DNA of 64,000 nt. Source: Candidatus Poribacteria bacterium (GTDB taxonomy: Bacteria; Poribacteria; WGA-4E; PCPOR2b). Made by a program: the position numbers and the translations under genes. The notes beneath the pieces are model-generated. The model did no database searches and had not been told where the DNA came from. It was given only the letters and a program-made list of their open reading frames with translations. This document shows, piece by piece, positions 39,634-48,739 of this stretch (positions within the stretch are counted from its first letter, which is position 1; each line of letters opens with the position of its first letter). Where the stretch lies: positions 3,456,001 through 3,520,000 of the forward strand of contig OZ220744.1 in NCBI GenBank assembly GCA_965116925.1, given 5' to 3'.

Positions 39634-40400
39634 CACCTTTTCCCTTTGTACTTGCCACATCTGCTCGCGCCGGTGGTAATTTCCTCATGGATTTATTGAC
39701 ATCAACCGGCAAGGTTGGAGAGGTAAAAGAACGTTTGCAGGAATACACACTTAGAGGTTCACAAGTATCTGATGCAGAAGTTGTAGATATATTTAATACG
39801 GTATACCGGTTGTCAGGAGGAAAAAATTCATGGGGAATGAAGGTGGATATGCGAGACCTGTTCATCTTTGAACATTACTTGCGGGTGCACAAGGTAGACC
39901 CGAAGGCGATTAAATGGATTTGGTTGAAGCGTATCAATAAAGCGAAGCAAACGCTCTCTTATCTGAAAGCGATTGAAACGGGAAGATTTCATCTGTATGC
40001 GGATTCTTCATCTGAAGATTTTGAGCAAGATAGAACGCCGGTCAATTACGATATGCGTTTGTGTAAAGACTATATGTTGAGATTCTTTATCATTGAACAC
40101 ACATGGCTCCACTATTTTCGTCTACACGGTATCACACCGCATACGCTCTACTACGAAGATTTTGTTGATGAATCAACGTGGGAATCAACGGTTGCTGGTA
40201 TCTTTGATTTTCTCGGAGTTCTGTATGAATTGCCGTTAAATGTATCAAGTGAGCATATCCAACAGCATGAGAATCATGCTGATGCTGTTTATGAAGAACT
40301 AAAAAATCTCATGCCGCATTATCCGTATCACTACACTTTCTTTGGTGAGTCCGATAAATCCCCGATAAGATCGGGACAGGCGAGACCAAGAAAAGACTAG
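39630..40400 (+). CDS. Stf0-family sulfotransferase (paralog 2)
   Basis: TSARAGG.FL..LL.STG; WLKR.NK..Q..S..KA..TG; LYYEDFVDES.WE.TVA.IFDF shared with 34360. Confidence 0.75.
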   Translation: MTPFPFVLATSARAGGNFLMDLLTSTGKVGEVKERLQEYTLRGSQVSDAEVVDIFNTVYRLSGGKNSWGMKVDMRDLFIFEHYLRVHKVDPKAIKWIWLKRINKAKQTLSYLKAIETGRFHLYADSSSEDFEQDRTPVNYDMRLCKDYMLRFFIIEHTWLHYFRLHGITPHTLYYEDFVDESTWESTVAGIFDFLGVLYELPLNVSSEHIQQHENHADAVYEELKNLMPHYPYHYTFFGESDKSPIRSGQARPRKD

Positions 40401-40763
40401 GGCGTATTGACATTGATATGGGGTGTGTCCACAATCGTAGGTGCTGGCATCCCGATTTATCAGGGGGCGAGGTCTCCTCGCCCGTTGCCCAACGCGGGTT
40501 GGGAGACCCAACCCCTACGAAGATTGATGCGTATACAACCGTAGGGGCGGGGTTCCCCCGCCCGTTGCCAAACAGGTTACGGCCCCATGTTTATCATTTG
40601 GAAAGTAGTTTGTAGGTCGAGATGTGAATCTTGACTGTCGATTTTGGAAAATTGACCTACAGAGGTCCGAACAAAGGGTTGGGGAACCCAACCCCTACAA
40701 GTTAGGTGTCAGCGTAGAAGGGGTCGGTCAAGATGCCCGACCTACGGGAGTAGTCATTTGGTA

Positions 40764-43700
40764 CTATTTGACGATAACCATGCGACGGGTTTGGGTGTAG
40801 GTATCGGTGTTGAGAGTATAGAAATAAACGCCACTACTGACAGATTCCCCTTTTTCATTCCGACCGTCCCAGTAGATGGCTCGTTCGCGGGTGAGGTAGT
40901 ATCCGACCGGCTTGTGTCCGACTTCAATTGTTCGCACCAAATGGCCACGTATGTCGTAGATTTTGACAGTAGCCGTTGACTCTTCCGATAGCTGATACGG
41001 TATCCATGTATCCGGGTTGAACGGGTTGGGGTAGTTGGGCAGGAGTTTGGTCTCTTGGACGTTCCGGTCCGCAACGGCTAGGTAGTGCCGGAGCAGTTCA
41101 ATGGCGATCTGAACGCCGTGTGATTTGTCGGGGATAGTCTCTAATTCGGTCAAAGCACGCTGTGCCGCGATAACCTCTTTGGCGGTGGAGGGGATAGATT
41201 TGATGAGGTCCAACTGGGAAGGTGCGGCGGTGTTTTGACTCAGATGCTCTGCGACAAATACGAGATCCAGCAGGTTGACCACGCCATCTTTGTTGGTGTC
41301 TGCCAATGGGTTGCTGGGTGGTTGCTCTCCGAAACTGCTTGCAACAGTAATGAGGTCGAGGATATTAATCCGTCCATCGAGATTGGCATCGGGGTTGGGA
41401 TCGGCAGAGATGCGGAGGTCCGCCCAAAATGCCCAATCACAAATTGTCGTTTCACCGGGGGCCGTTACCAATTCCAATAGAAGGGGTTGACCGGCAAACT
41501 GGGAGAGGGAGATGCTACCGTCCGTCCAGTCAAAGGTCTTTTTGAAAGTTTCAAAGTAGGTTTGACCGTTGAGGCGGACCTGAAACTCAACCCCATCGCT
41601 GCAGCCTTCATGTAAACCTACCGAGAAGGAGAAGGTGGACGGTTTTTGAGGGAGAAAGAGCGGAAATTGAATAACTGTCTGTCCATGGTCAGGGGGGTAG
41701 GCGGAGATGGTTTCTTTACGGATACCATCAATGGTTGCTGTCCTACGGTTACCTGAATCATGAATACTTCCAAGTTCAAAGATACCGTTAAGTTGAAGTC
41801 CTGCGTTAAATTGTACATCTCTCAGATTATAGGGCAAGCTGGCTTGTTGAACGGGACCGAAGAAGATGACAATCGGTTGAGACAGATCTGTCTCGAAGGC
41901 ATACTGTCCCGAACCGCTGGGGCGAAGGGTATCGGGGAAACTACCTACCGGTGGGGTGGGAAGGGCAAAACCGACGGTCGTCTGTCGATCAGAGGAAGTA
42001 GATTTGAGCTGAAAAAGTGCCGCTTGATCGGTCACACGAGTTTCACTGATGTAAATATCGGGGGATAGCGAGTTAATATGAGGTTGGGAAAAGTCGCGCG
42101 GTGTATTGTCAAGAATATAGTATCTGTTCGGATCCAAGCCGAGGAGAGTTGTATCGTTGTAGGCGCGCCAGAGGGGAAGACTTCGATGCGTTTGCGCTTG
42201 TGTAACGCCGTTGACACGCTCAAATCCATCAGTATTGGGAAGAACAAATACAGAACCGCTGTCGGTGCGTTGATACGTTACAATTTCGCCGGTTTGGGTG
42301 GTGTATTGAAACAGTGTATTGGGTTCCCAATTACAGCTAAAGTAGGGGGTTAACTCTAATGCTTGCCGCGCACGCACATCAGGAAGTATCTGTTGAACAA
42401 GTGGTTCGGTCAAGATTTCTGTTTTATTTATCCAGAGGGAGGGTAGAAACCCTTGGCTCTCAGCAGTATCAAGAAAAGGATGATAAAGCAGATCTCTTGT
42501 GCCAGGCGCTTTAATTCCACCATAGAAACGTGTATATGGCGAAAAAAGGTATGCATTGATGGGATGGACGGGTCCCTTGGTGAAACCGCGTTGGGCAAAA
42601 CTTTCACGGAAGAAGGTGACTTCATGGAGATTTTCGCCCCCGAGAACGACACCGGGCATGGCTTGGGCTAACTCTTTGTGCATCAACGCATTGCCTTGTG
42701 CACCGCTGAGTCCTTCAATTAAACCGTTGCCATCGTTCAGGACGTAGTGACTAGTATCCAGATGGAAGGCATCAATATTGTATTTCTCCCAGACTGCCTT
42801 GAGGCGTTGGACGATCAGGTTGCGCCATCTGGAACTGGCGGGGTTAATGTGGGCATTACGTTCTGGATTGTCTGTTTCATGCCAGAGCCAACCCGTTAAC
42901 TTTTCCGTCCAAGGGTCTCGATACTGAAATCTTTGAAATTCGGGATAAAGGGGATGGTTGGGTCCCATGTCATGGAGACTAGCATGCAGCATAACCCGAA
43001 ATCCATGCTGACGGGCGGTTTCAAGGAATTCATCAAAGTTTTCGTGGGGGGTGTAGTCGGGATAGTTAATGGGGTGTCTGTCTTTGCGCCAGTCTGTCAG
43101 ATAAAGGAGGGTTTTGGTCGGATCCACGACTTCTGCCAGATTCGGCAACAGTTCTGCATTTAATCTAGAATGTGAAATGACCAAGCCAATATCGCTGACC
43201 CATGAGGGCACATCTGAAAGGTGCCACGGGTCGAATGCTCCTTCCATCCAATTTCGATGAATCTGTGCAGGGACACACCAATCCCCGGCGTAGGTGTTGA
43301 ATCGCCATATAATAGATTCTGCTGAAGTGAGTGAGTCCCATGGTGAGTGATTCGCAGTTCTGAAACCGAGGTTGAAACTGTTGTCGGGATTACGTCCATA
43401 ATCCAACTCTTTGAATTGGAAGGTGTTGTCTGTCCCTCGAACATAAAATCCGCCGCGTGCCGATTCGACAATGGCGAGTTGTGCTTCCCAATGAGAGCTG
43501 GGATAGCGAAAAAGTTCACGTTCAATTGCATAGTTAGTATCAATAACCTGTCGGCTTTTTGCTGGAAGGATAAGCCTAAGATTTGAGAAGTTCAAGCTAT
43601 CAATACCCCACTGGATAGCATAGACACCGGGTGTATCGGATGCACAATTGCCTGAGATGAGCAGTTCGTCGGTATTAGGGTCAATAGCGATGAGGAGCCT

Positions 43701-44024
43701 TATTTCGTTGCCGCCTCCTCGGAATCGGATTTCTGCGGTGTGTTCGTTGATTTTGTGAGGTTCTACGATTTGAGCCCGGCGTGCCGAGAAGGATTCGTTA
43801 TTTCCTTTGATAAGGGCGTGTATGTTGAATACTGGCTCAAGGGGCAGGGTGTATGTTTCGTCGGTGAGTTTGTTGTAAAGGTAGGTAATTGCGCCGTAGT
43901 CGAATTGGACTTTATAGTTGTTGGTTTCGACGTAGATAGTTTCACCGTCAATGGTAATGTCGGCGGTGGCGTAGGTGGTGAGTAAAATGACGGACAGACA
44001 CATCAGGCGTATCAGGTTTTTCAT
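40764..44024 (-). CDS. Secreted multidomain protein: glycoside-hydrolase-like TIM barrel, dockerin-like repeat, FlgD-Ig C-terminus
   Basis: Signal peptide; INYPDY, GFRVMLH, IDAFHLD; D.N.DG.IN.LDL twice; LLPNYPNPFNP...YWDGRN..GESVSSGVYFY. Confidence 0.8.
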   Translation of the reverse strand: MKNLIRLMCLSVILLTTYATADITIDGETIYVETNNYKVQFDYGAITYLYNKLTDETYTLPLEPVFNIHALIKGNNESFSARRAQIVEPHKINEHTAEIRFRGGGNEIRLLIAIDPNTDELLISGNCASDTPGVYAIQWGIDSLNFSNLRLILPAKSRQVIDTNYAIERELFRYPSSHWEAQLAIVESARGGFYVRGTDNTFQFKELDYGRNPDNSFNLGFRTANHSPWDSLTSAESIIWRFNTYAGDWCVPAQIHRNWMEGAFDPWHLSDVPSWVSDIGLVISHSRLNAELLPNLAEVVDPTKTLLYLTDWRKDRHPINYPDYTPHENFDEFLETARQHGFRVMLHASLHDMGPNHPLYPEFQRFQYRDPWTEKLTGWLWHETDNPERNAHINPASSRWRNLIVQRLKAVWEKYNIDAFHLDTSHYVLNDGNGLIEGLSGAQGNALMHKELAQAMPGVVLGGENLHEVTFFRESFAQRGFTKGPVHPINAYLFSPYTRFYGGIKAPGTRDLLYHPFLDTAESQGFLPSLWINKTEILTEPLVQQILPDVRARQALELTPYFSCNWEPNTLFQYTTQTGEIVTYQRTDSGSVFVLPNTDGFERVNGVTQAQTHRSLPLWRAYNDTTLLGLDPNRYYILDNTPRDFSQPHINSLSPDIYISETRVTDQAALFQLKSTSSDRQTTVGFALPTPPVGSFPDTLRPSGSGQYAFETDLSQPIVIFFGPVQQASLPYNLRDVQFNAGLQLNGIFELGSIHDSGNRRTATIDGIRKETISAYPPDHGQTVIQFPLFLPQKPSTFSFSVGLHEGCSDGVEFQVRLNGQTYFETFKKTFDWTDGSISLSQFAGQPLLLELVTAPGETTICDWAFWADLRISADPNPDANLDGRINILDLITVASSFGEQPPSNPLADTNKDGVVNLLDLVFVAEHLSQNTAAPSQLDLIKSIPSTAKEVIAAQRALTELETIPDKSHGVQIAIELLRHYLAVADRNVQETKLLPNYPNPFNPDTWIPYQLSEESTATVKIYDIRGHLVRTIEVGHKPVGYYLTRERAIYWDGRNEKGESVSSGVYFYTLNTDTYTQTRRMVIVK

Positions 44025-44285
44025 GGTTGCTCCTTTATTGGGTTGGCACATGAATTTATTGGTTCATTTTATCAGATTTCAGGGCGGAAATGGGAAGCAT
44101 TGAATCAATTTTTTCCCTATCTCTCAGAAGGATACCAGAAAGGACAGAGTGAATGCAAATTTGAAAACTTTAGAGTTAAACTAATAGTTTCAAACTGTCA
44201 AAAAAAGATGAGACGTTCAAATTTTTTCTTAATTTTTTTGGGTGATACCATTGAAAAAGAGTTTTTATTGGCGGGAGAGACTCCG

Positions 44286-45275
44286 ATGAAAAAGAGATTG
44301 ACAGCGTTATATCGGCACATTGACACGGAAGTAGACAAGAGCCGTCCCGCAGGGATAGGCAACAACGGCGGTGGGACGACCACGAAGATTTATCACATGC
44401 AACGTGCACTGCCGAACCTTGAGATAATTAACAACATCGAAGAGTCAGGGATGGTCTCTATCGCGGAGATCCTGTGGTTCCATGGGGAAGGTCCCGATCA
44501 TGTGCAGCAGCGGGTGAACGACTGGTCGAATTTGAACGCATTCAAGATACTGATGACCAGCGATGTCGAGCTATTTCGGTTGAATGGCGCGTTGAGGGAA
44601 CAGATAATTGATGGTTCCGATGCGATTGCGTGCCTGACGCAGTACGTTGAACAGATGTTTAAGGCATTCACCCCGAAGGCACAGGTGTTGTATGACCCGA
44701 TTGACATTGATATGTTTAAGCCGCGCCAAAAGAATCGAGAGATTTATAGCGCGGGACAAATTACGCTTGAAAAGAATGTGCAGATGATAGCGGAGATTTT
44801 TCAGGAGATCCCGGCGAAAGCGAATCTGACCAAGACCTATATCGGCAGTAGAAACTTGTGGGCAGGCAATAACCGGCCCGAGGCGAGTGCCAAACTTGAA
44901 GCGGACCTCTCCCAAGTCTGCGATCATCTTGAATCGGAGCTTCCGTACACCGTGATGCCCGAACGGATTGGCGGGATTTGGGGGTATGTTGCGGACACAC
45001 GCTACGACTTCTCATCATACTCAATGACTGAGGCGATGGCGTGCGGGTGTTGGATTTTCACAGGGCGGCATCTGATGTATGATGAAAGGCCCGGCAAGCG
45101 GTTCAACACAAGCAAAGAAGCGGTGCAGCACATTACGGCACAACTGCAAGAGACACCTCCTAAATCTGGCGTCATCAATGAAGAAGCGCGACAGTTTGTA
45201 GTGGATCAGAACAGCTATGAGGCATTCCGCAAGCAGTTCAAAAATATCGTTGGAGGTGTTGGACTTGGACTTTAA
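44286..45275 (+). CDS. GT-B (GT4-like) glycosyltransferase
   Basis: PIDIDMFKP, GQI..EKN and YDFSSYSMTEAMACG motifs; start moved to ATG 44286. Confidence 0.7.
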   Translation: MKKRLTALYRHIDTEVDKSRPAGIGNNGGGTTTKIYHMQRALPNLEIINNIEESGMVSIAEILWFHGEGPDHVQQRVNDWSNLNAFKILMTSDVELFRLNGALREQIIDGSDAIACLTQYVEQMFKAFTPKAQVLYDPIDIDMFKPRQKNREIYSAGQITLEKNVQMIAEIFQEIPAKANLTKTYIGSRNLWAGNNRPEASAKLEADLSQVCDHLESELPYTVMPERIGGIWGYVADTRYDFSSYSMTEAMACGCWIFTGRHLMYDERPGKRFNTSKEAVQHITAQLQETPPKSGVINEEARQFVVDQNSYEAFRKQFKNIVGGVGLGL

Positions 45276-45675
45276 CATCAGTGGTAAATATAACGAGTTA
45301 CTGGGGGAATCGTTTTGGATATTGTCTAGCGCGCCTCCCTCCCACAATCTGGCAGTGCGCCTCGAAATGGCTTACGTCGAAGTGCGATCGATGTTCATCA
45401 GCGACAATCCGTTCTTTCTGACGGTATCGACGGGAAGAAAGCCACAGGTGGGACAAATTGTGCCAGGCGTGTTCTTCTGCCCGCCAGAACGGTTTCAATT
45501 TGGCGATCACACATTAATCAATTCCGCATTTTGGGACAAATGCCTGCACGGGAAAGGGTTCGTTGACGCGCTTGCTGCGATCGGCGATCTAATCAAAAAT
45601 GAGGAGATGGGACAGAGCCTTAAACAGTGGGAGCAGCAAGTCGGTTTCCACTGTTTCCAGCTTTTTCCTAATTAA
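45265..45675 (+). CDS. Hypothetical protein
   Basis: TTG start 7 bp after GGAGGT, overlapping the previous stop. Confidence 0.5.
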   Translation: MDFNISGKYNELLGESFWILSSAPPSHNLAVRLEMAYVEVRSMFISDNPFFLTVSTGRKPQVGQIVPGVFFCPPERFQFGDHTLINSAFWDKCLHGKGFVDALAAIGDLIKNEEMGQSLKQWEQQVGFHCFQLFPN

Positions 45676-46385
45676 AATTATGTCAACATTTCTGCGAAGA
45701 TTGGCTGAATCGAGAAATAGGGTGCCCGCTATAGGGTCTGGAACCTATGTAACCTACGGAAACTATAAAATAAGACTGGGTGGATGGACGCGATAAATAG
45801 ATAGACACTTTCGGTCCCCGGTAGGTGCGGTTAGGAAAATGAAACTACTGTTCTTCTGTTTGGTAGGCGCTGTTTCTAACTGCGCCGATGCGGTGCGGTT
45901 ACAAACCGCACCTACCGGGTGGCGCAAGCGTTTCTTTATTTTTTGAATTCACTATAATTCTAAAATCCACTATAGTAGGAGCTACGCACTTCAGATTGTA
46001 TTTTCCCGATTTATCAGTTGCCTTGTAGTTGCCTGATTTATCAGGCGTCTTGTAGTTGCCGCCGGCGATAAATCGCCGAACTACAAGGCGTGAAGCGTTC
46101 AACTGCGTAAGTCCTAGAGCGTGTTGACATTTTGATGCTGCTGATTCGGCAAACGCTGTAATCATCAGGTAAGCTGCTATAAGTAGCGCGAACTGTTAGT
46201 TTGCAGGTTGGATCACAATCTAACAGATCGTGGTACAAAAGTCCGAAATGGTCTCTGACGTGCAAAAAAAGGGTGGGGAGCCCCAACCCCTACGCAGGAT
46301 TATGCGTTTGTGCTCCCTCTTGATAGTCTGATTGCAATGAAATGTCAACAGAACCCAATATATTTAAGGAGGTGTCAGCCACAAA

Positions 46386-47324
46386 ATGAATAAAACAGTT
46401 ACCAAGACCCCACTACGGATCAGTTTTGTCGGTGGAGGCACGGATCTCCCCTCCTTTTACGAGAAACATGGCGGTGCGGTGATTAGCACGGCTATTGATA
46501 AATATGTGACGGTCAAGGTGCAGGAAAACGGGAAAACAGGAAAACGGGAAAACGAGAATCCGATTGTGCAGGAATGTCTGCGTTATGCGGATGTTGATGG
46601 TGTGTCAATCGAGATTGAATCGGATGTGCCTCCGGGTTCAGGGCTTGGTGGTTCAAGTGCACTTACGGTGGGATTATTGAATGCGCTGCATCGGTTCAAG
46701 AATCGGGACATGGATGGGGACTGGAAGCCCTATCCCGAAACGATTGCCCAGCAGGCGTGCGAGATAGAGATTGATCGCCTCGGTAGCCCGATAGGGAAGC
46801 AGGATCAATACAGCGCGGCGTATGGAGGTTTCCGTCGCTTTCGGTTTGAACCGAATGGTGAGGTGGGGATAGAAAGCCTCAAGCCACCCAACGGTTTGGA
46901 TAATTTTCTACTACTTTTCGATACCTGTATTCGTCGCAATGCGAACGATATCCTGACGGAGCAGCAAAAGACGATGAGCGAAAAAACGCTTATGGAGATG
47001 AAGCAGCAAGTGAATCAGATGTATGCGCTGCTACAAATTGGCGATGTTGTTGAGATCGGCTACCTGCTGCACCAGGCGTGGGAGAAGAAAAAATCGTTGA
47101 GTGAACGGATTACCAACAAGCAGATAGACGAAACTTATCGACTTGCTCTTGGTGCCGGCGCGATTGGTGGTAAGGTATTGGGGGCAGGAAACGGCGGCCA
47201 TATACTGTTTGCCGTTCCATTTTCAAGTCAACGCCATGTCATTGATGCGCTTGATGGCCTTGCGAAGCTGGTCCCGTTTCAGTTTGAAAAACAGGGGAGT
47301 TGCCTAGTGTCTCCATCTCAATAA
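46386..47324 (+). CDS. GHMP sugar kinase, HddA (heptose-7-phosphate kinase)-like
   Basis: PLRISFVGGGTD, PGSGLGGSS, GKQDQY..AYGG and GGKVLGAG.GG motifs. Confidence 0.85.
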   Translation: MNKTVTKTPLRISFVGGGTDLPSFYEKHGGAVISTAIDKYVTVKVQENGKTGKRENENPIVQECLRYADVDGVSIEIESDVPPGSGLGGSSALTVGLLNALHRFKNRDMDGDWKPYPETIAQQACEIEIDRLGSPIGKQDQYSAAYGGFRRFRFEPNGEVGIESLKPPNGLDNFLLLFDTCIRRNANDILTEQQKTMSEKTLMEMKQQVNQMYALLQIGDVVEIGYLLHQAWEKKKSLSERITNKQIDETYRLALGAGAIGGKVLGAGNGGHILFAVPFSSQRHVIDALDGLAKLVPFQFEKQGSCLVSPSQ

Positions 47325-47408
47325 TGGTGACGAATTTGGCATGAAGTTCGAGTCGGTCAGTTTTGGACAATCGACATGTTCTGTCAAGTAAATGCCAATA
47401 GGACCTAA

Positions 47409-47804
47409 CTATTTATCTTCACCTTGAGTCGGAGTTTGACGGGAGTCGCCGTGCATAAACATGAGATGATTGGTGAAAGCCTCATCAAGCTTACTAAACC
47501 TCACGTTCATTTCACTGCGTAATTCTGTAATTTCATTGCGTAATTCGTTGCGAACGTCCCGAATTTCGTTGCGTAAACCTCCAATTTCGTTGCGAACGTC
47601 TCCAATTTCGTTGCGTAAGCCTCCAATTTCGCTGCGTAATTCGTTGCGAACGTCCCCAATTTCGCTGCGTAAGCCTCCAATTTCGTTGCGTAATTCAGTA
47701 CGCAAATCACTTAAATCCTTTCGGGTAGGGACGCGGGAGAAATATATGATAATATTTAGGATTAAGGCACCGATAGCGATCAACTCGGCAGCTGAAAATT
47801 CCAT
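47409..47804 (-). CDS. TM-anchored coiled-coil repeat protein
   Basis: LRNEIGGLR.EIGDVRNE tandem repeats; own RBS AAGGAGG. Confidence 0.7.
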   Translation of the reverse strand: MEFSAAELIAIGALILNIIIYFSRVPTRKDLSDLRTELRNEIGGLRSEIGDVRNELRSEIGGLRNEIGDVRNEIGGLRNEIRDVRNELRNEITELRSEMNVRFSKLDEAFTNHLMFMHGDSRQTPTQGEDK

Positions 47805-47978
47805 GATAAACCTCCTTTTTCAATTATGTAACTTGCCTCTATGATAGCACAATTTGAAAAGTAAATCAACCGAATATCTAAACTGAGCAACACCGCTATT
47901 TATTCAACGCCAAGACGCAAAGGCGCAAGGATTTAATCCTCTGCCACAGCCACCACCATAACAACATAAAAAAAATAG

Positions 47979-48007
47979 TTGACATCCGTTAAATGATTAG
48001 GTATAAT
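47979..48007 (+). promoter_or_regulatory. Consensus sigma70 promoter upstream of terminase
   Basis: TTGACA-17 bp-TATAAT. Confidence 0.85.
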
Positions 48008-48032
48008 TTCCCCTGATCATACAAAACCAGAC

Positions 48033-48164
48033 GGCTCATGTAAAAAGAAAGTGCAAAACGCGAAGCGAAATCGTAGGGGCGGGGTCTCCCCGCCCGCCGT
48101 AAGGGTTGGGGGACCCAACCCCTACGAATATTCGGTTTCTTTGCACTAAATCTTAACATGAGCG
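48033..48164. mobile_element. MITE (one mismatch from 55532-55663) inside leader copy 4
   Basis: GGCTCATG...CATGAGCG ends; flanks AACCAGAC and TACCAGAC. Confidence 0.75.
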
Positions 48165-48196
48165 TACCAGACGACACCAAATAAAATATCAGCGAT

Positions 48197-48270
48197 GGAT
48201 CTACCCCGGCTGGGGCGGTATCCAGAGGAAGAAAGAGCCCTCTTGATACTGCTCGGGTCGGGGTTTTTTT
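48197..48270 (+). ncRNA. Putative attenuator leader RNA, copy 4
   Basis: Core GGATCTACCCCGGCTGGGGCGGTATCC; terminator arm GATACTGCTCGGGTCGGGGTTTTTTT with a compensatory change relative to copy 1. Confidence 0.7.
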
Positions 48271-48340
48271 GTTTAAGGCTCCCGTTCGCTTTGCCATTTA
48301 TGCCACACCCCAATATCTGTCAAAAAATCCGAAAAAATAT

Positions 48341-48458
48341 TGTGGACAACTTTTTTTCAAGTCGAAAACCCGCGCTACGACTACATTCTGAGCGTTAATT
48401 ATTGTGGATAACTTGTGGATAACTCTGTGGATAACTCTGTGGATAACTTTGTGGATAG
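48341..48458 (-). promoter_or_regulatory. DnaA-box cluster
   Basis: TGTGGATAA (reverse complement of TTATCCACA) at 48403, 48414, 48426 and 48438; one-mismatch boxes at 48341 and 48450. Confidence 0.7.
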
Positions 48459-48739
48459 TCCCCAACGAGTAATACGCAATTCCTATCGCGGTAGGAAGGA
48501 ATTCCGATTCCTCCCTGATAAGGGGGGCGGGTCACGCATTTTTTAATGTTTCTCTCCGTGTCCCCTGCGTCTCTGTGGTTAGCTTGAACGATAGAATGTT
48601 CCGAACCTACGCCATTTTTGGCACATTGTGTGCCATTTTTGACAAACTCGCGTCATGAACCAATAAACCCTAAAGTAGCAGGCACACTCCGTGTGCCGTA
48701 ACCCTAATGAACCCCTTGCGTTAAAGGCTCAATCAACTA

